From sequence record MN871445.1: a stretch of 64,000 bases of DNA. The stretch is one strand, 5' to 3'. The position numbers and the translations under genes are program-made. Below are positions 18,579 to 28,632 of this stretch, one piece after another. Below the pieces are notes generated by a model, which was given only the letters and a program-made list of their open reading frames with translations, was not told the origin of the DNA and did no database searches. Each line of letters opens with the position of its first letter. Position 1 is the stretch's first letter.

Positions 18579-18950
18579 ATGACTTATGCTCGCGACGCAC
18601 TCCTCAAACAAGCCCACAATGCCGCTATCGACATCGCATCCGATCCGGACATCTCTACCGTGGAAAAATGCCACACGGTGGTTCAGTCTGTATTTGATAT
18701 CATCGACGGTAAAACGACAGAATTCCCGCAGTGCGACCTGGTGGTCAATCTGACCCCAACCAACAATCCGCCGGTAGATGCTTTTTTCCAAGAGCATTTT
18801 GTTGCAGGCGATATCGTTAACGCCGATCGCAATCTGAGCGAAAGCTATATTCATCTGGTAGCCGAAGCAGCATCTGCGGTCGCTGACGACGATGAAGATG
18901 GTCCGACACCATCGGGCGATGAATTCCAAGACGACGAAATCCCATTCTGA
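18579..18950 (+). CDS. Hypothetical acidic protein
   Basis: AAGGA RBS, acidic C-tail. Confidence 0.65.
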   Translation: MTYARDALLKQAHNAAIDIASDPDISTVEKCHTVVQSVFDIIDGKTTEFPQCDLVVNLTPTNNPPVDAFFQEHFVAGDIVNADRNLSESYIHLVAEAASAVADDDEDGPTPSGDEFQDDEIPF

Positions 18951-18962
18951 TAATGGTATCCT

Positions 18963-18990
18963 TCTCCCAGGTATTTTAGTACCTGGGAGA
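18963..18990. terminator. Hairpin
   Basis: TCTCCCAGGTA-TTTTAG-TACCTGGGAGA. Confidence 0.6.
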
Positions 18991-19027
18991 GTTAAGATAT
19001 ACTCTTTGTCATCACTGGGAAGTCATT

Positions 19028-19696
19028 ATGGAACCAGCATTAACCGTACCACTATTTACCATGGACATGATAAACGCCATCAATGAACCTCATTTGATGG
19101 TTGATTTAGAAACCATGGGTATTACCACAAGAGCCCCGATCGTTGCTATCGCGGCGGTGTTGTTTATTCCCCAAACCGGGGAGATTCTGGATAAATTCTA
19201 TATCAAGATTGATTTGACGTCCAGCGTGCAGGCGGGGGCTTTGTTAGACCCAGAGACCGTCAAGTTTTGGCTGGCTCAGTCAGATGAAGCACGTAAAGAA
19301 ATTTGGGGTACCGTGGGGCGCAACGATGATGTATTTACGCTCGATCAGGGACTTCGTGAATTCGGTCAATTCGTCCAGCGGTCACAGCCTAGACCCAACG
19401 CACTGAAACACTGGGCTAACGGAGCTAACTTCGATCCTCCTATTCTTGATACCGCTTATCAGTCCCTGGGCCTAAGATCACCTCTGGCATTCTGGAAATC
19501 ACTGGATGTCAGAACCATCGTGGAACTGGGGCGCCAGATCGGCATTAACCCCAAACAGGAGTTAAATCCGCTGGGTACTCCACATAAGGCGATGGCTGAT
19601 TGTTTGATGCAGTGTGAGTATGTGTCCAATATATGGCAGACACTGCTTGCCCCACACACTCGGCAATATGCCCTACCTCCACGCAATACAAGGTAA
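19028..19696 (+). CDS. 3'-5' exonuclease, DEDD/RNase H-like superfamily
   Basis: HLMVDLETMG, WANGANFDPPIL, LDVRT, HKAMADC motifs. Confidence 0.85.
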   Translation: MEPALTVPLFTMDMINAINEPHLMVDLETMGITTRAPIVAIAAVLFIPQTGEILDKFYIKIDLTSSVQAGALLDPETVKFWLAQSDEARKEIWGTVGRNDDVFTLDQGLREFGQFVQRSQPRPNALKHWANGANFDPPILDTAYQSLGLRSPLAFWKSLDVRTIVELGRQIGINPKQELNPLGTPHKAMADCLMQCEYVSNIWQTLLAPHTRQYALPPRNTR

Positions 19697-20250
19697 TGAT
19701 AATGGAAATGTATACCCGTAAAGAAGACTATTGGGCAATGTTGGCCAGTACCGTAACTGACCCCGTTCTTTCTCCGGTCTATAAAGCCATCTCATCTTCC
19801 GTTGCTTATTTCAGCAACGTATGTGTTCGAATCAATGCAACGGAGTATGACTTGTCGACGCATACTGAGTTTTCCGTGGAATACGCATTCGGCGATTTAA
19901 CGTTAGAGCCGCCGACCCGACATCCATATGCTTCCATCAGACTCGTTACCGAGCCTACTGATGAAGTCATCGAAAACTCTACTGAAGCAGAAGTGGCTGA
20001 TGCGTGGCGATTAGTTACTGCATCTAATTCGCATCTATCGTTTGGGTACAGCCCGCTGTTTATTTTTTATCGCCATATGGTAAAAAATGGGCTACCGCAA
20101 CCCAGAGCAAAAGTCCATGAAAACTCAACCGGGCTTACTTTGGAATGGATGCTATCAAGCGGGGCCCGGGTTGTAATGGATTACAACAACCTCCTGATGG
20201 AAGCCTGGTGGGCGGAATGTAACGGTGAAGTGAACTCACTTCAAAGCTAA
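19696..20250 (+). CDS. Hypothetical protein
   Basis: TAATG overlap with upstream stop. Confidence 0.6.
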   Translation: MIMEMYTRKEDYWAMLASTVTDPVLSPVYKAISSSVAYFSNVCVRINATEYDLSTHTEFSVEYAFGDLTLEPPTRHPYASIRLVTEPTDEVIENSTEAEVADAWRLVTASNSHLSFGYSPLFIFYRHMVKNGLPQPRAKVHENSTGLTLEWMLSSGARVVMDYNNLLMEAWWAECNGEVNSLQS

Positions 20251-20276
20251 TCGTCATGTAACTGTGGAGACTTATC

Positions 20277-20843
20277 GTGAATACCAACTTACTACTGAGT
20301 CATCTGTTTGCAATGCATCCGTATAAACTCTGTATTGATGTAGATATGCACCGCCGAGATAAGGATAGTTTAGCTTCGTATTTACGTTACTCCACAGCTC
20401 CGGGTAGTGAGGTGAACACCATCTTGCAGGGGGACACCTACGCCATGGTCGCGGTGGACTGGCATGTTGGTCGTGGAGAGTATGCGCATTACGAGGTCTG
20501 GGCCGCCACGTTACATGAGGCACTCACCGCGACAGTCAACCATCTACAGGCATTTGGTGTGGAGTCCGACGTTCTAGTGGACGTCACAGCCGGGCATGGG
20601 TTGGATACACTCATACCCAAATGTAAGCGGGGGCTATCTATCTGTCGTTGGGATTTTACTCACACGGCGGGATGCGATAAGTGGGATGTACTTCACGAAT
20701 ATGGGGATGAGCTATCAGCTGAATTGTTGGAGGACATACTTGAAACAAATTGTTTCGTGGATGTGGACTTCGGCGTAGTAGGTACCCGCAATCGTGGGGT
20801 TGAGTTAGGGTCATCTCTGGACGTATTGATAGAAAACGTATAA
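20277..20843 (+). CDS. Hypothetical protein
   Basis: GGAGA RBS, GTG start. Confidence 0.6.
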   Translation: MNTNLLLSHLFAMHPYKLCIDVDMHRRDKDSLASYLRYSTAPGSEVNTILQGDTYAMVAVDWHVGRGEYAHYEVWAATLHEALTATVNHLQAFGVESDVLVDVTAGHGLDTLIPKCKRGLSICRWDFTHTAGCDKWDVLHEYGDELSAELLEDILETNCFVDVDFGVVGTRNRGVELGSSLDVLIENV

Positions 20844-20845
20844 TT

Positions 20846-20865
20846 GGGAGGGCGTTTGCCCTCCC
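20846..20865 (+). terminator. Rho-independent terminator
   Basis: GGGAGGGC-GTTT-GCCCTCCC plus T-tract. Confidence 0.8.
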
Positions 20866-20887
20866 TTTATTTTTTGGAGATATTAGA

Positions 20888-21223
20888 ATGAGTTTATATG
20901 TGCGCGATGTATTAGCGATGGAAGTTGCCAACCAAATCGCAAATGAGCATGAAGATTACGGTCCTTTGGATGATTCAGTTGAGAAATTTGTCCACGGGAT
21001 TGCCATGTATGCGTGCCGAGAAGTACTTCCTACCGAAGAGCAATTGATTGATTGTAGCAAAGAAATTATTGCTATGATTCAATTATCGGGGTCGAAAGCC
21101 GATCCTGATAATGAAGAATACGTCCGATCAATTGCAGATACTTTAACCGGTTCACTATTTCCGTATTTCAAACCAACTGCGGTACAAGATCCAGAACGTG
21201 GGTTTGAATTACCGGATGTCTAA
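20888..21223 (+). CDS. Hypothetical protein
   Basis: GGAGA RBS. Confidence 0.6.
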   Translation: MSLYVRDVLAMEVANQIANEHEDYGPLDDSVEKFVHGIAMYACREVLPTEEQLIDCSKEIIAMIQLSGSKADPDNEEYVRSIADTLTGSLFPYFKPTAVQDPERGFELPDV

Positions 21224-21583
21224 ACCCGCTTCTTGTTTCTCGGCAAAGTGGCTACCACCAAACAACCTCACAAATACCCACATGACCAACCAATAACGCC
21301 AAGACATCTTTAACCGATACCGGATATTATCTCGCAATGTAGCATCCGCATCTTTACGCGATACGGTGCCTACCGTGTACATGTAATCGTGAACTGCTGC
21401 AGCTGGGAAATAAAAATAATAAGGAGGATATAAGTTTTGGATGAATCGTGGAATGCTCGCCCCATCCGTTACGAACCCCTTTGGGATAGTAACTTCTGGC
21501 GTGACATAATCCTCAAGAAACTGAAACTGGTCTTCTTTTACTAAGTATTTTACCGGCATATCAGCAAACTGAAATTCTGTCAT
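21209..21583 (-). CDS. DUF1353-family protein
   Basis: IPKGFVTDGASIPR...AAAVHDYMY...SRKDADA. Confidence 0.85.
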   Translation of the reverse strand: MTEFQFADMPVKYLVKEDQFQFLEDYVTPEVTIPKGFVTDGASIPRFIQNLYPPYYFYFPAAAVHDYMYTVGTVSRKDADATLRDNIRYRLKMSWRYWLVMWVFVRLFGGSHFAEKQEAGLDIR

Positions 21584-21629
21584 TTTTTATTCCCCCCAAG
21601 TAAAGTGTGACACAAAATTCGCTAACCAC

Positions 21630-22016
21630 GTGAGTCTCTTAACTATGAGTGAAACTATTCTTGGTGGTAAGACCTACCACACGGCTGTTTATTATGCACT
21701 ACAGTCAGAAGTGCTACAGCGTTTTTCTGATCGGGTTCTGCCCCTGGTGCGCATGAACAATAAGCCCATAGAAAAACTCCCCTTGGAAATTACGGGGGTC
21801 GCTTACGGGCTTATCAACAACATCCCGGTGTTGTATGTTGAAGTTCATGCCTACGGGAAACCTAAAGACGACGACAACACCAAAGTGGTTATCGTTTATA
21901 ACCCGGGAAATTTATTGGATTATCTGACGGATGATGCAATCACTTATAAGGGTGAAGTGTATTATGCCGGCGATAACTTCTGGCGGCTATGTGCCGAAGG
22001 AGAACGTCCATGGTAG
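21630..22016 (+). CDS. Hypothetical protein
   Basis: ORF, translationally coupled to next gene. Confidence 0.55.
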   Translation: MSLLTMSETILGGKTYHTAVYYALQSEVLQRFSDRVLPLVRMNNKPIEKLPLEITGVAYGLINNIPVLYVEVHAYGKPKDDDNTKVVIVYNPGNLLDYLTDDAITYKGEVYYAGDNFWRLCAEGERPW

Positions 22017-22390
22017 ATTCTATCTCTAAACCGTTAGCTCAGGAAGATGAAGCACTCATCCAGGAGCTTTTGGAAAAACAGGCTGCCGAATATATCGTTG
22101 AAATAGTAAATGTAGCCGTGCCAGCCTTCCACAAAAATGCGGTCGTGGGTATGAGTCAAAAAGATTTTGCTCGTAGCCTGGCAGCTATCATGCATGCGGC
22201 AGTTTTTCCTCTAATGAAAGAAAAGCAAGACAGCGCTCTGAAATTAGCCGATTGCTATGCCATGTTTAACGAACTGGCCGTATTGACTGGAGTAGTGCCT
22301 CCAGGTACTCCAGCAACCGCAAACCATCGCCGAGCTATCGGTGCGTTCACCGCCGCGGTAGAAGCCATCAAACAAAAGGATGCGTCATGA
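22010..22390 (+). CDS. Hypothetical protein
   Basis: AGGAG RBS before ATG 22010. Confidence 0.6.
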   Translation: MVDSISKPLAQEDEALIQELLEKQAAEYIVEIVNVAVPAFHKNAVVGMSQKDFARSLAAIMHAAVFPLMKEKQDSALKLADCYAMFNELAVLTGVVPPGTPATANHRRAIGAFTAAVEAIKQKDAS

Positions 22391-22785
22391 GTCTTGAAGT
22401 TACTTATGGGGAATATAAAAAACCCCAGGTCGGCGTGAAATACCCGGTCCTGATTTGGGAAATCAGCGACGCCGCTAAGCAGTATATGTTTGATCATTTG
22501 CGTAAAGTGGTCGCCGTAACTTGTTTTAAAAACACCGATGATGCAAAACGAGCATTGGATGTTATTGTTATTGACAATGTGGCCACTGGCGAAATAGATG
22601 GTAATACAGTCCTGTGGGTCAATTGCTCCGTTGATGGTGTTTATCGCCGAATACTGGTCAATACCCCGCAACTGAAAACTTTTGAACCTTATTTCATCGA
22701 CGGCAAAGTGACGGTGGAAGCCACGGCGCTACTGTCGCCGAGTGGTACCTGGGGGTTCTATAACCTGGAAGATGCACATGAATAA
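22387..22785 (+). CDS. Hypothetical protein
   Basis: ATGA overlap. Confidence 0.6.
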   Translation: MSLEVTYGEYKKPQVGVKYPVLIWEISDAAKQYMFDHLRKVVAVTCFKNTDDAKRALDVIVIDNVATGEIDGNTVLWVNCSVDGVYRRILVNTPQLKTFEPYFIDGKVTVEATALLSPSGTWGFYNLEDAHE

Positions 22786-23101
22786 AGTCAATATCACTAT
22801 TTCGGGTCCAGTTGGATCGGGGAAATCGGCTCTTTATGCAGAATTGGTTGTTGCACTAACTGCATTGGGTTTGCCTATAGAGCATCAGGACCTTAAAGCA
22901 TGGAATGCTGAAATGAATTCTGGGGCATTTACTGAAGCTCAGAACATGTTGGAAATGTATAAACCAACTGTGGTGTTATCTGAAACGGTAGATACCGCTA
23001 TGGTATTGAAACAACAACTTTTGGGTCGAGCACAATTTCTCCGAGATAAAGGAGAGATCAAAACGCCCGAATTATTAGAACGCGCCGCCGCGGCTTTATG
23101 A
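22778..23101 (+). CDS. Small P-loop (Walker A-like) protein, paralog of 58083
   Basis: NITISGPVGSGKSALYAEL. Confidence 0.6.
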   Translation: MNKVNITISGPVGSGKSALYAELVVALTALGLPIEHQDLKAWNAEMNSGAFTEAQNMLEMYKPTVVLSETVDTAMVLKQQLLGRAQFLRDKGEIKTPELLERAAAAL

Positions 23102-23114
23102 TTATCACTCTATT

Positions 23115-23135
23115 GGTGGGGGAGTTTACCCCACC
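23115..23135 (+). terminator. Hairpin
   Basis: GGTGGGG-GAGTTTA-CCCCACC then TTTTATGCC. Confidence 0.7.
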
Positions 23136-23196
23136 TTTTATGCCATTTTTTATATTTGGTTTAAAAACTATGTAATCAATTCATGGGGATTAGAAG

Positions 23197-23913
23197 ATGT
23201 CTAAGAAACGCAAAGGCGTAAAAGATGCTGACGCTAAACGCATCGCAATGGCTAAGAAGCGCGGTGACTGGGTAGAAACTCAGTGTCCGGAAGTATCTGA
23301 AATTGAGCCTACTGAGAATAAGGTCGATTACGATACTTTCCTTAAAATGCTAGACGCTGAACGTCGAGCTAATGTTGGCGGCGAAGATGAATTCATCTGG
23401 AAAGAGGGGTTTAACTACCATCCGGCACATCCTGGTATTTGGGTACCGTATAACGGCTGGCGCGTAAAATTCCAACACGATATCCGGTTACGTGATGGCC
23501 GGGTGATTGAGAACTGCTACCCCAACGCCACCGCCTGGCACGGTAAAGAAGGGCGTTTCACCGATGAAGAGGTCGTTGAAATCAGACTCTGCCCACCTGA
23601 CGAGCAACTATTCGCTGATTTGGATTATCTGGTTTCCCACAGCCTGGAGTCTTTCGGGGAGCATTGTTTCCCAGAGATTATCATTTCTGAAGGCGGGGTG
23701 ATTTCATTCAAACCCAAACGGTATCGTTATTTCGAAAAAGGAATTATCGATGAGCGTGGCGAGGTTGCCTACACGCTTTGGGAGGGAACACTTACTGCGG
23801 TTGAAGCAGCGGCCAGTAAGGTGTATAAAAACCTCAGTGAGCAATCTGAACCTTTAGATGAAGCGTTTTCTAAAGTGCTGAACGATAATATTGATGATTT
23901 ATATTTGGAGTAA
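23197..23913 (+). CDS. Hypothetical protein
   Basis: ORF with RBS. Confidence 0.65.
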   Translation: MSKKRKGVKDADAKRIAMAKKRGDWVETQCPEVSEIEPTENKVDYDTFLKMLDAERRANVGGEDEFIWKEGFNYHPAHPGIWVPYNGWRVKFQHDIRLRDGRVIENCYPNATAWHGKEGRFTDEEVVEIRLCPPDEQLFADLDYLVSHSLESFGEHCFPEIIISEGGVISFKPKRYRYFEKGIIDERGEVAYTLWEGTLTAVEAAASKVYKNLSEQSEPLDEAFSKVLNDNIDDLYLE

Positions 23914-23918
23914 TTATC

Positions 23919-24407
23919 ATGTTGTTGCATATAAGTTTTAAGAATAATTTAGCCGGGAAACTTATTCCGAGGGCAGTTGCTGGAAGTGAGCTAGGTATTT
24001 CAACGACATACCCAGAACCAACCACCCCACGGGTGTGTTTCGGGCCGACGGTCCTGAAGTGTTTTCAGGCAATATACCCCAACATCTCAGATTTTTTTGA
24101 AATTAAAAATTATCCATATATGGATTTCTACGTTTACAAAACAAAAACAAATAATCCCCCAGGATATGTACCTAATTCAAAAATAGTAGAAGAACGCTGG
24201 GTACATGACGCACATGTTACTGGGGAGTCCTGGGTAATCGAACCGGTGGTCGTTTATCTGCATCAAAAAGTACGTATTCATAATACAAATAATGTTGATA
24301 GTTTACGCTACCATCCTTTTGGCGATCCCAAGGAACCACTTAGGACACTAGCCCCCAAAACAGCAATAATTGATTACCTGCCGTTAAGTGGAAGTGCTAA
24401 ATGGTAA
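23919..24407 (+). CDS. Hypothetical protein
   Basis: GGAG RBS. Confidence 0.6.
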   Translation: MLLHISFKNNLAGKLIPRAVAGSELGISTTYPEPTTPRVCFGPTVLKCFQAIYPNISDFFEIKNYPYMDFYVYKTKTNNPPGYVPNSKIVEERWVHDAHVTGESWVIEPVVVYLHQKVRIHNTNNVDSLRYHPFGDPKEPLRTLAPKTAIIDYLPLSGSAKW

Positions 24408-24427
24408 CCCGAGTAATAGGATAAATT

Positions 24428-25042
24428 ATGTCTAAACTTACCAAAGAACAGTTATACGAGCAGATTCTATTTTTATCTAATGAAGATATCATCTTTGTCA
24501 GGAAAAAAGCAGATAGTCCCAAAGGCTTTCGTTTGTCGGTGATCTGCAATGATATCTTTGCCTATGCCTGCTCCGATTCCAAAGCTATCGATGATAGCCA
24601 GATACCGTTAATTCACCATCTGTATAAAACGTATTCTTTTTATGGGGTGATTGCCTGGCTGGCATATGTCCGAAAACAAAAACCACTGAAAGTGCACATT
24701 ACCGAGAATTACAAGCGGGCTTTCCGGGAGTTAAAGGAGCACAGATTTGCGCTGCCCGAAATCATCGGTGAATCTACTAAGTTAACCGATGAGCTTGACC
24801 TTTTATTATTGGCTGATGCTCTAGGTATCGTTGATTGGTGTATCGAAGAAGGGCAGTGCCCGATACGCCCTCAGTGGGGGCAATATGTATTGTCGAATGG
24901 ACAAATAATCGACATGCTATTCTCTAAAGACTATCGGGCCAGTATAAGAACTAAATCAGAAGTAACCGAGTATGTTTCAATCTATAAACAATCTGGGTTG
25001 CAGGCCTGTATCGATAAATTAAACTTGGAACAAACATCATGA
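24428..25042 (+). CDS. Hypothetical protein
   Basis: AGGA RBS. Confidence 0.6.
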   Translation: MSKLTKEQLYEQILFLSNEDIIFVRKKADSPKGFRLSVICNDIFAYACSDSKAIDDSQIPLIHHLYKTYSFYGVIAWLAYVRKQKPLKVHITENYKRAFRELKEHRFALPEIIGESTKLTDELDLLLLADALGIVDWCIEEGQCPIRPQWGQYVLSNGQIIDMLFSKDYRASIRTKSEVTEYVSIYKQSGLQACIDKLNLEQTS

Positions 25043-25833
25043 CCAAACAAGAATACATCGACCAGTACGTAGCATTGAATGGCCCCATCCCACCTCATTG
25101 TTCGGTTATTCCATCTCCGTTAGGGTGGCAAATAATCGATGATGATTGCCACGCAAACCTTGTGGTTTACCCGACTAAAGAAAGTATTGAATCATCTATA
25201 TCTAAATCACTGCTTCCAGAGCACATAACCCCGTTCTATCAATTCATGCATGATTATCGGGACACCATCGACTGGGTGTTGTGGTACAACGAAACTGACC
25301 CTAATACCACTACGCCATCTTACCACAATAGTCGTCATTTGATTGGCGCTGCGTTTATTGCGCATTTATTGAGTGATGGTGACCCTAAATGTATCCAGGC
25401 CATGTTCATTCATGATTTTCAACATCCAAAAGCAGCGAGTGATTTAGATAATATTATCCATTCACTTAGTGTAGCAAAACAATGCGATTATCCTCACGAA
25501 ATTGATGATGTATTAACGACATTGGTCTTCGGCACTCAATACAACCCTCAAGACCCATATCCCGCGGTTGAAGATCCGAAGATTGCCTTATGTCGAGATG
25601 CTGACCAAATCTACGCTACTATGATGTTTAATTTGGGGGTTTACTTGGGCCTCGAACATGAAGTAGGAGGTAAGTTGGGTTTGTCTGGGTCCGATTTTCT
25701 TCTGCGCAATATGAATTATGTCAGAAATATCGGGGATAATCTGTATTTGCCTCAAAGCAAAGATCTACATAAACAATATCGGCAGAAATGCCTGAACGAA
25801 CATCTCGTATTTTCTTCAATTTATATTAACTAA
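25039..25833 (+). CDS. HD-domain metal-dependent phosphohydrolase
   Basis: YHNSRH...FIHDFQH...RDAD motif order. Confidence 0.7.
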   Translation: MTKQEYIDQYVALNGPIPPHCSVIPSPLGWQIIDDDCHANLVVYPTKESIESSISKSLLPEHITPFYQFMHDYRDTIDWVLWYNETDPNTTTPSYHNSRHLIGAAFIAHLLSDGDPKCIQAMFIHDFQHPKAASDLDNIIHSLSVAKQCDYPHEIDDVLTTLVFGTQYNPQDPYPAVEDPKIALCRDADQIYATMMFNLGVYLGLEHEVGGKLGLSGSDFLLRNMNYVRNIGDNLYLPQSKDLHKQYRQKCLNEHLVFSSIYIN

Positions 25834-25891
25834 TTTATCGCAGCGGGGATAGATATGAGTATAGTCATCAAGTAGGAAAACGTATAACAAC

Positions 25892-25909
25892 GGGAGGCTT
25901 CGGCCTCCC
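25892..25909 (+). terminator. Rho-independent terminator
   Basis: GGGAGGC-TTCG-GCCTCCC plus T-rich tail. Confidence 0.8.
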
Positions 25910-25955
25910 ATTATTTTCGCTTTTTTATTTTGATTAAATAAAACAATTACACCCT

Positions 25956-25963
25956 TATATTAC
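25956..25963 (+). promoter_or_regulatory. phiKZ-type early promoter element TATATTAC
   Basis: Exact octamer, intergenic before 26007. Confidence 0.7.
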
Positions 25964-26006
25964 TTACGGGACTAAGTAAACCACCCCATAACTGAGGATT
26001 TTTAAA

Positions 26007-26468
26007 ATGGCAGATTGCAGCATTGGTCCAGTATCCACTCTCCCAGGGTCTATCCGTGCAGTTCCTGTAGGAACCGAGTGCGATGAACACCCAGGGGTAT
26101 TGGCCGTAAAACGGGTTCAAGGCGAAACTGATTCTTTTGGGTGTGAGTATTTGGATATGTGTCAGGAGTGTTACGACAAATATAAGGAAGAAATGCGCAA
26201 CGTGGATAACTCAGGCACTTGTGATTGGTGTAAGAAAAGTGCCGATCAAGTGTTTAACCACAGGGATATAGAAGAAGGGAGTTGTGGGCGGGTCTATCAA
26301 GTATGCCAAGCATGTATCGATGCCGAAAAGAAAGAATGGGCTGAAGAACGTGATTGCCTGGATGATGATGATGAGTGGTGGGATTCTCGGGACTTGGATG
26401 ATGAATTAGGTCCAGAAGATTTTGAGGACTTCGACGATGACCGGTATGCTGAGCGGCTCGGAGAATAA
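26007..26468 (+). CDS. Cys-rich (Zn-binding) protein with acidic tail
   Basis: CDEH, CQEC, CDWC, CQAC pairs. Confidence 0.65.
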   Translation: MADCSIGPVSTLPGSIRAVPVGTECDEHPGVLAVKRVQGETDSFGCEYLDMCQECYDKYKEEMRNVDNSGTCDWCKKSADQVFNHRDIEEGSCGRVYQVCQACIDAEKKEWAEERDCLDDDDEWWDSRDLDDELGPEDFEDFDDDRYAERLGE

Positions 26469-26471
26469 TAA

Positions 26472-27062
26472 ATGAACAATGATGTAATTTCACTGATTTT
26501 GAGTGTTAACGAACATATCGACGCACGTCGGTCAATTCAGAAACACAGTTCATTACTGGACAACAATCTGTCATTTGACGGTCAGTGGCCAGTGACGAAA
26601 GTGGACCGGGATAAGATGATAGAGACCAACACAAGCACTACACTGTGGGTAGTGGTGCTTTCTGGTGAAAGGTTGCGGATATTATCTCCAACTGTCGCAG
26701 ATGCCATGGTCGAATTAGAAACCAGGTACCCCGAAATCCGTAGCCAAATTCCAGATTTTGATCTTGTTTCATTTGGTGAAAAAGCGCGGCGGTTTCCAGG
26801 ACATGTAGCTCTGCATTATGGTTGCTATCCTCAACCTGAGTTAGATGCTGAGTTACTTGCAACATTGGGTTGGTTGCAATGCCCCGATTACCCGCAAGAT
26901 AAACTCTACTTTGGATACCAAACCACCGAAGAGTTTATTGCGGGCCTCGCAGAAACGCGTGCATTAACCAACATTACAGTATACTCCGCTGGAGGTTGTC
27001 ATCGGCATTGGTATGGCACCGATCTACCTACAGTCGTCGATGGCTATATTAACCAGGAATAA
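26472..27062 (+). CDS. Hypothetical protein (duplication unit gene A1)
   Basis: LRILSPTV..AM.ELE.RYP...QIP.FD shared with 27607. Confidence 0.65.
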   Translation: MNNDVISLILSVNEHIDARRSIQKHSSLLDNNLSFDGQWPVTKVDRDKMIETNTSTTLWVVVLSGERLRILSPTVADAMVELETRYPEIRSQIPDFDLVSFGEKARRFPGHVALHYGCYPQPELDAELLATLGWLQCPDYPQDKLYFGYQTTEEFIAGLAETRALTNITVYSAGGCHRHWYGTDLPTVVDGYINQE

Positions 27063-27066
27063 AAAA

Positions 27067-27522
27067 ATGAGCGCACGTCTAAATTTTTATAGCATCCCCA
27101 AAAATAAGGTTCCTCAGAAGCAACTCGAGGCCCTAGTATTGGACCAGTGTGAATCCGATGTAGCAAAACATAGCAAGGCCACTTTTGTTGACCTCGTTAT
27201 TCTCGAGGACGCAATGGATGAGTTGGATGACACTTACATTGATTGGTACACCGGCCTTCACCCGTATGGCCAGGCCAGGCAAGTGATATCGGCATTCATG
27301 TCAGACAAAGGCATTACTGGTAGTATCTATAATACCAGCATGGTTATGTCCAAGCAGTTAGTCACCGAATTGCTTGATTATGTTATCACTTCGCCGCTAT
27401 GGGGCGTAGATAATGATTTTTATCTATACCACGAAAAAGAAGGAATTGAACTGTTTTTACAACACATCGTAAATAAACATGACTTTGATGCCGCCTATTT
27501 CTTTTATGTCTACGGTAGGTAA
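27067..27522 (+). CDS. Hypothetical protein (duplication unit gene B1)
   Basis: LDQCESD, IYNTSMVMSK.LV.ELL, HDFD shared with 28198. Confidence 0.65.
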   Translation: MSARLNFYSIPKNKVPQKQLEALVLDQCESDVAKHSKATFVDLVILEDAMDELDDTYIDWYTGLHPYGQARQVISAFMSDKGITGSIYNTSMVMSKQLVTELLDYVITSPLWGVDNDFYLYHEKEGIELFLQHIVNKHDFDAAYFFYVYGR

Positions 27523-27606
27523 CGGCATATCTCCTGTCTCGTTAATTAACGAGACAGTTTTTGTTTTAATGTTTTATGACATAAACAAGTTTAAGGAGAT
27601 ACGAAA

Positions 27607-28191
27607 ATGAATGATTTAGTTGTTTGTGAGTTTGTTGTTGTCGTAAAACCGTATACTGATAACTACTACGACATTGATGAGCATGTTCAGATAATAACGT
27701 GGAATGAAGCGTGGGGTCGCAAATGGAAAGTTCCCCAGGAACATAAAGATAAAATGCTTGAATTAAACAGTGCCGTAGTGCTATTTATTAGCGCAGTTAA
27801 TAGCCCAAAATTTCTACGAATTCATGCTCCAACCGTGAAGACGGCCATGGAATTGTTGGAAGAACGATATCCGAAAGTACATGCACAGATACCTTCTTTT
27901 GATGCGGATAAATTTGAATCTATCGGTGCAGCGTGTAAGGGGTCATCCAATTTGTCTTACTTTTTTATTCCAGAGGATAATGACGATGATAATATTCTGT
28001 GGCTCCTTCCTGATGACATGGATGAAGATGATTATGTCGGTAATTTCCCCAACATTGGTGCATTTATTGCCGCAGTAAAAGAAAAAAGAAAGGTTCTATG
28101 CATTCATTGCTACCCCGACACTCCGGTAGGAAGTTGGTCCTATTATGGCTTCGATTTTAACGAGCTTATGAACCACGTTATTAAGGAATAA
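27607..28191 (+). CDS. Hypothetical protein (gene A2)
   Basis: AGGAG RBS; paralog of 26472. Confidence 0.65.
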   Translation: MNDLVVCEFVVVVKPYTDNYYDIDEHVQIITWNEAWGRKWKVPQEHKDKMLELNSAVVLFISAVNSPKFLRIHAPTVKTAMELLEERYPKVHAQIPSFDADKFESIGAACKGSSNLSYFFIPEDNDDDNILWLLPDDMDEDDYVGNFPNIGAFIAAVKEKRKVLCIHCYPDTPVGSWSYYGFDFNELMNHVIKE

Positions 28192-28197
28192 ACGATC

Positions 28198-28632
28198 ATG
28201 GGTACTTTTTTAGAATTCTATAAAGTAGATAAAAATAAAGTTTCAAGCAAAGCATTGAAATACCTCAAACTAGACCAGTGTGAAAGTGATGAAGCCCTGG
28301 ATGAAGACGTCAGTTTCTTTGACTTAACATTAGACATGGATTATCCAGACATCGAACAGCTTAATCGATTCCCGCGTACCGGTTTGATTAGAAGTGTTAT
28401 AAATGCATTCATGCGGAGTAAAGGCATTGCCGATGATATTTATAACACCAGTATGGTCATGTCAAAATCACTGGTCAGTGAATTGCTGGCGCACCTCTCT
28501 ACATCTCCATTATGGGACCCAGAAGAGTTCTTCTTCACCGCTGGAGAGAAAGAATGTGCGGTGGCTTTCTTCCAAGATATCTTAGATACCCATGATTTCG
28601 ATAATGAATACTTCTTTTATACTTACTATTAG
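28198..28632 (+). CDS. Hypothetical protein (gene B2)
   Basis: Paralog of 27067. Confidence 0.65.
   Translation: MGTFLEFYKVDKNKVSSKALKYLKLDQCESDEALDEDVSFFDLTLDMDYPDIEQLNRFPRTGLIRSVINAFMRSKGIADDIYNTSMVMSKSLVSELLAHLSTSPLWDPEEFFFTAGEKECAVAFFQDILDTHDFDNEYFFYTYY

Noticed and set aside
26340-26460. GAT/GAC-rich low-complexity stretch
   Set aside because: Simply encodes an acidic protein tail; no tandem repeat unit.
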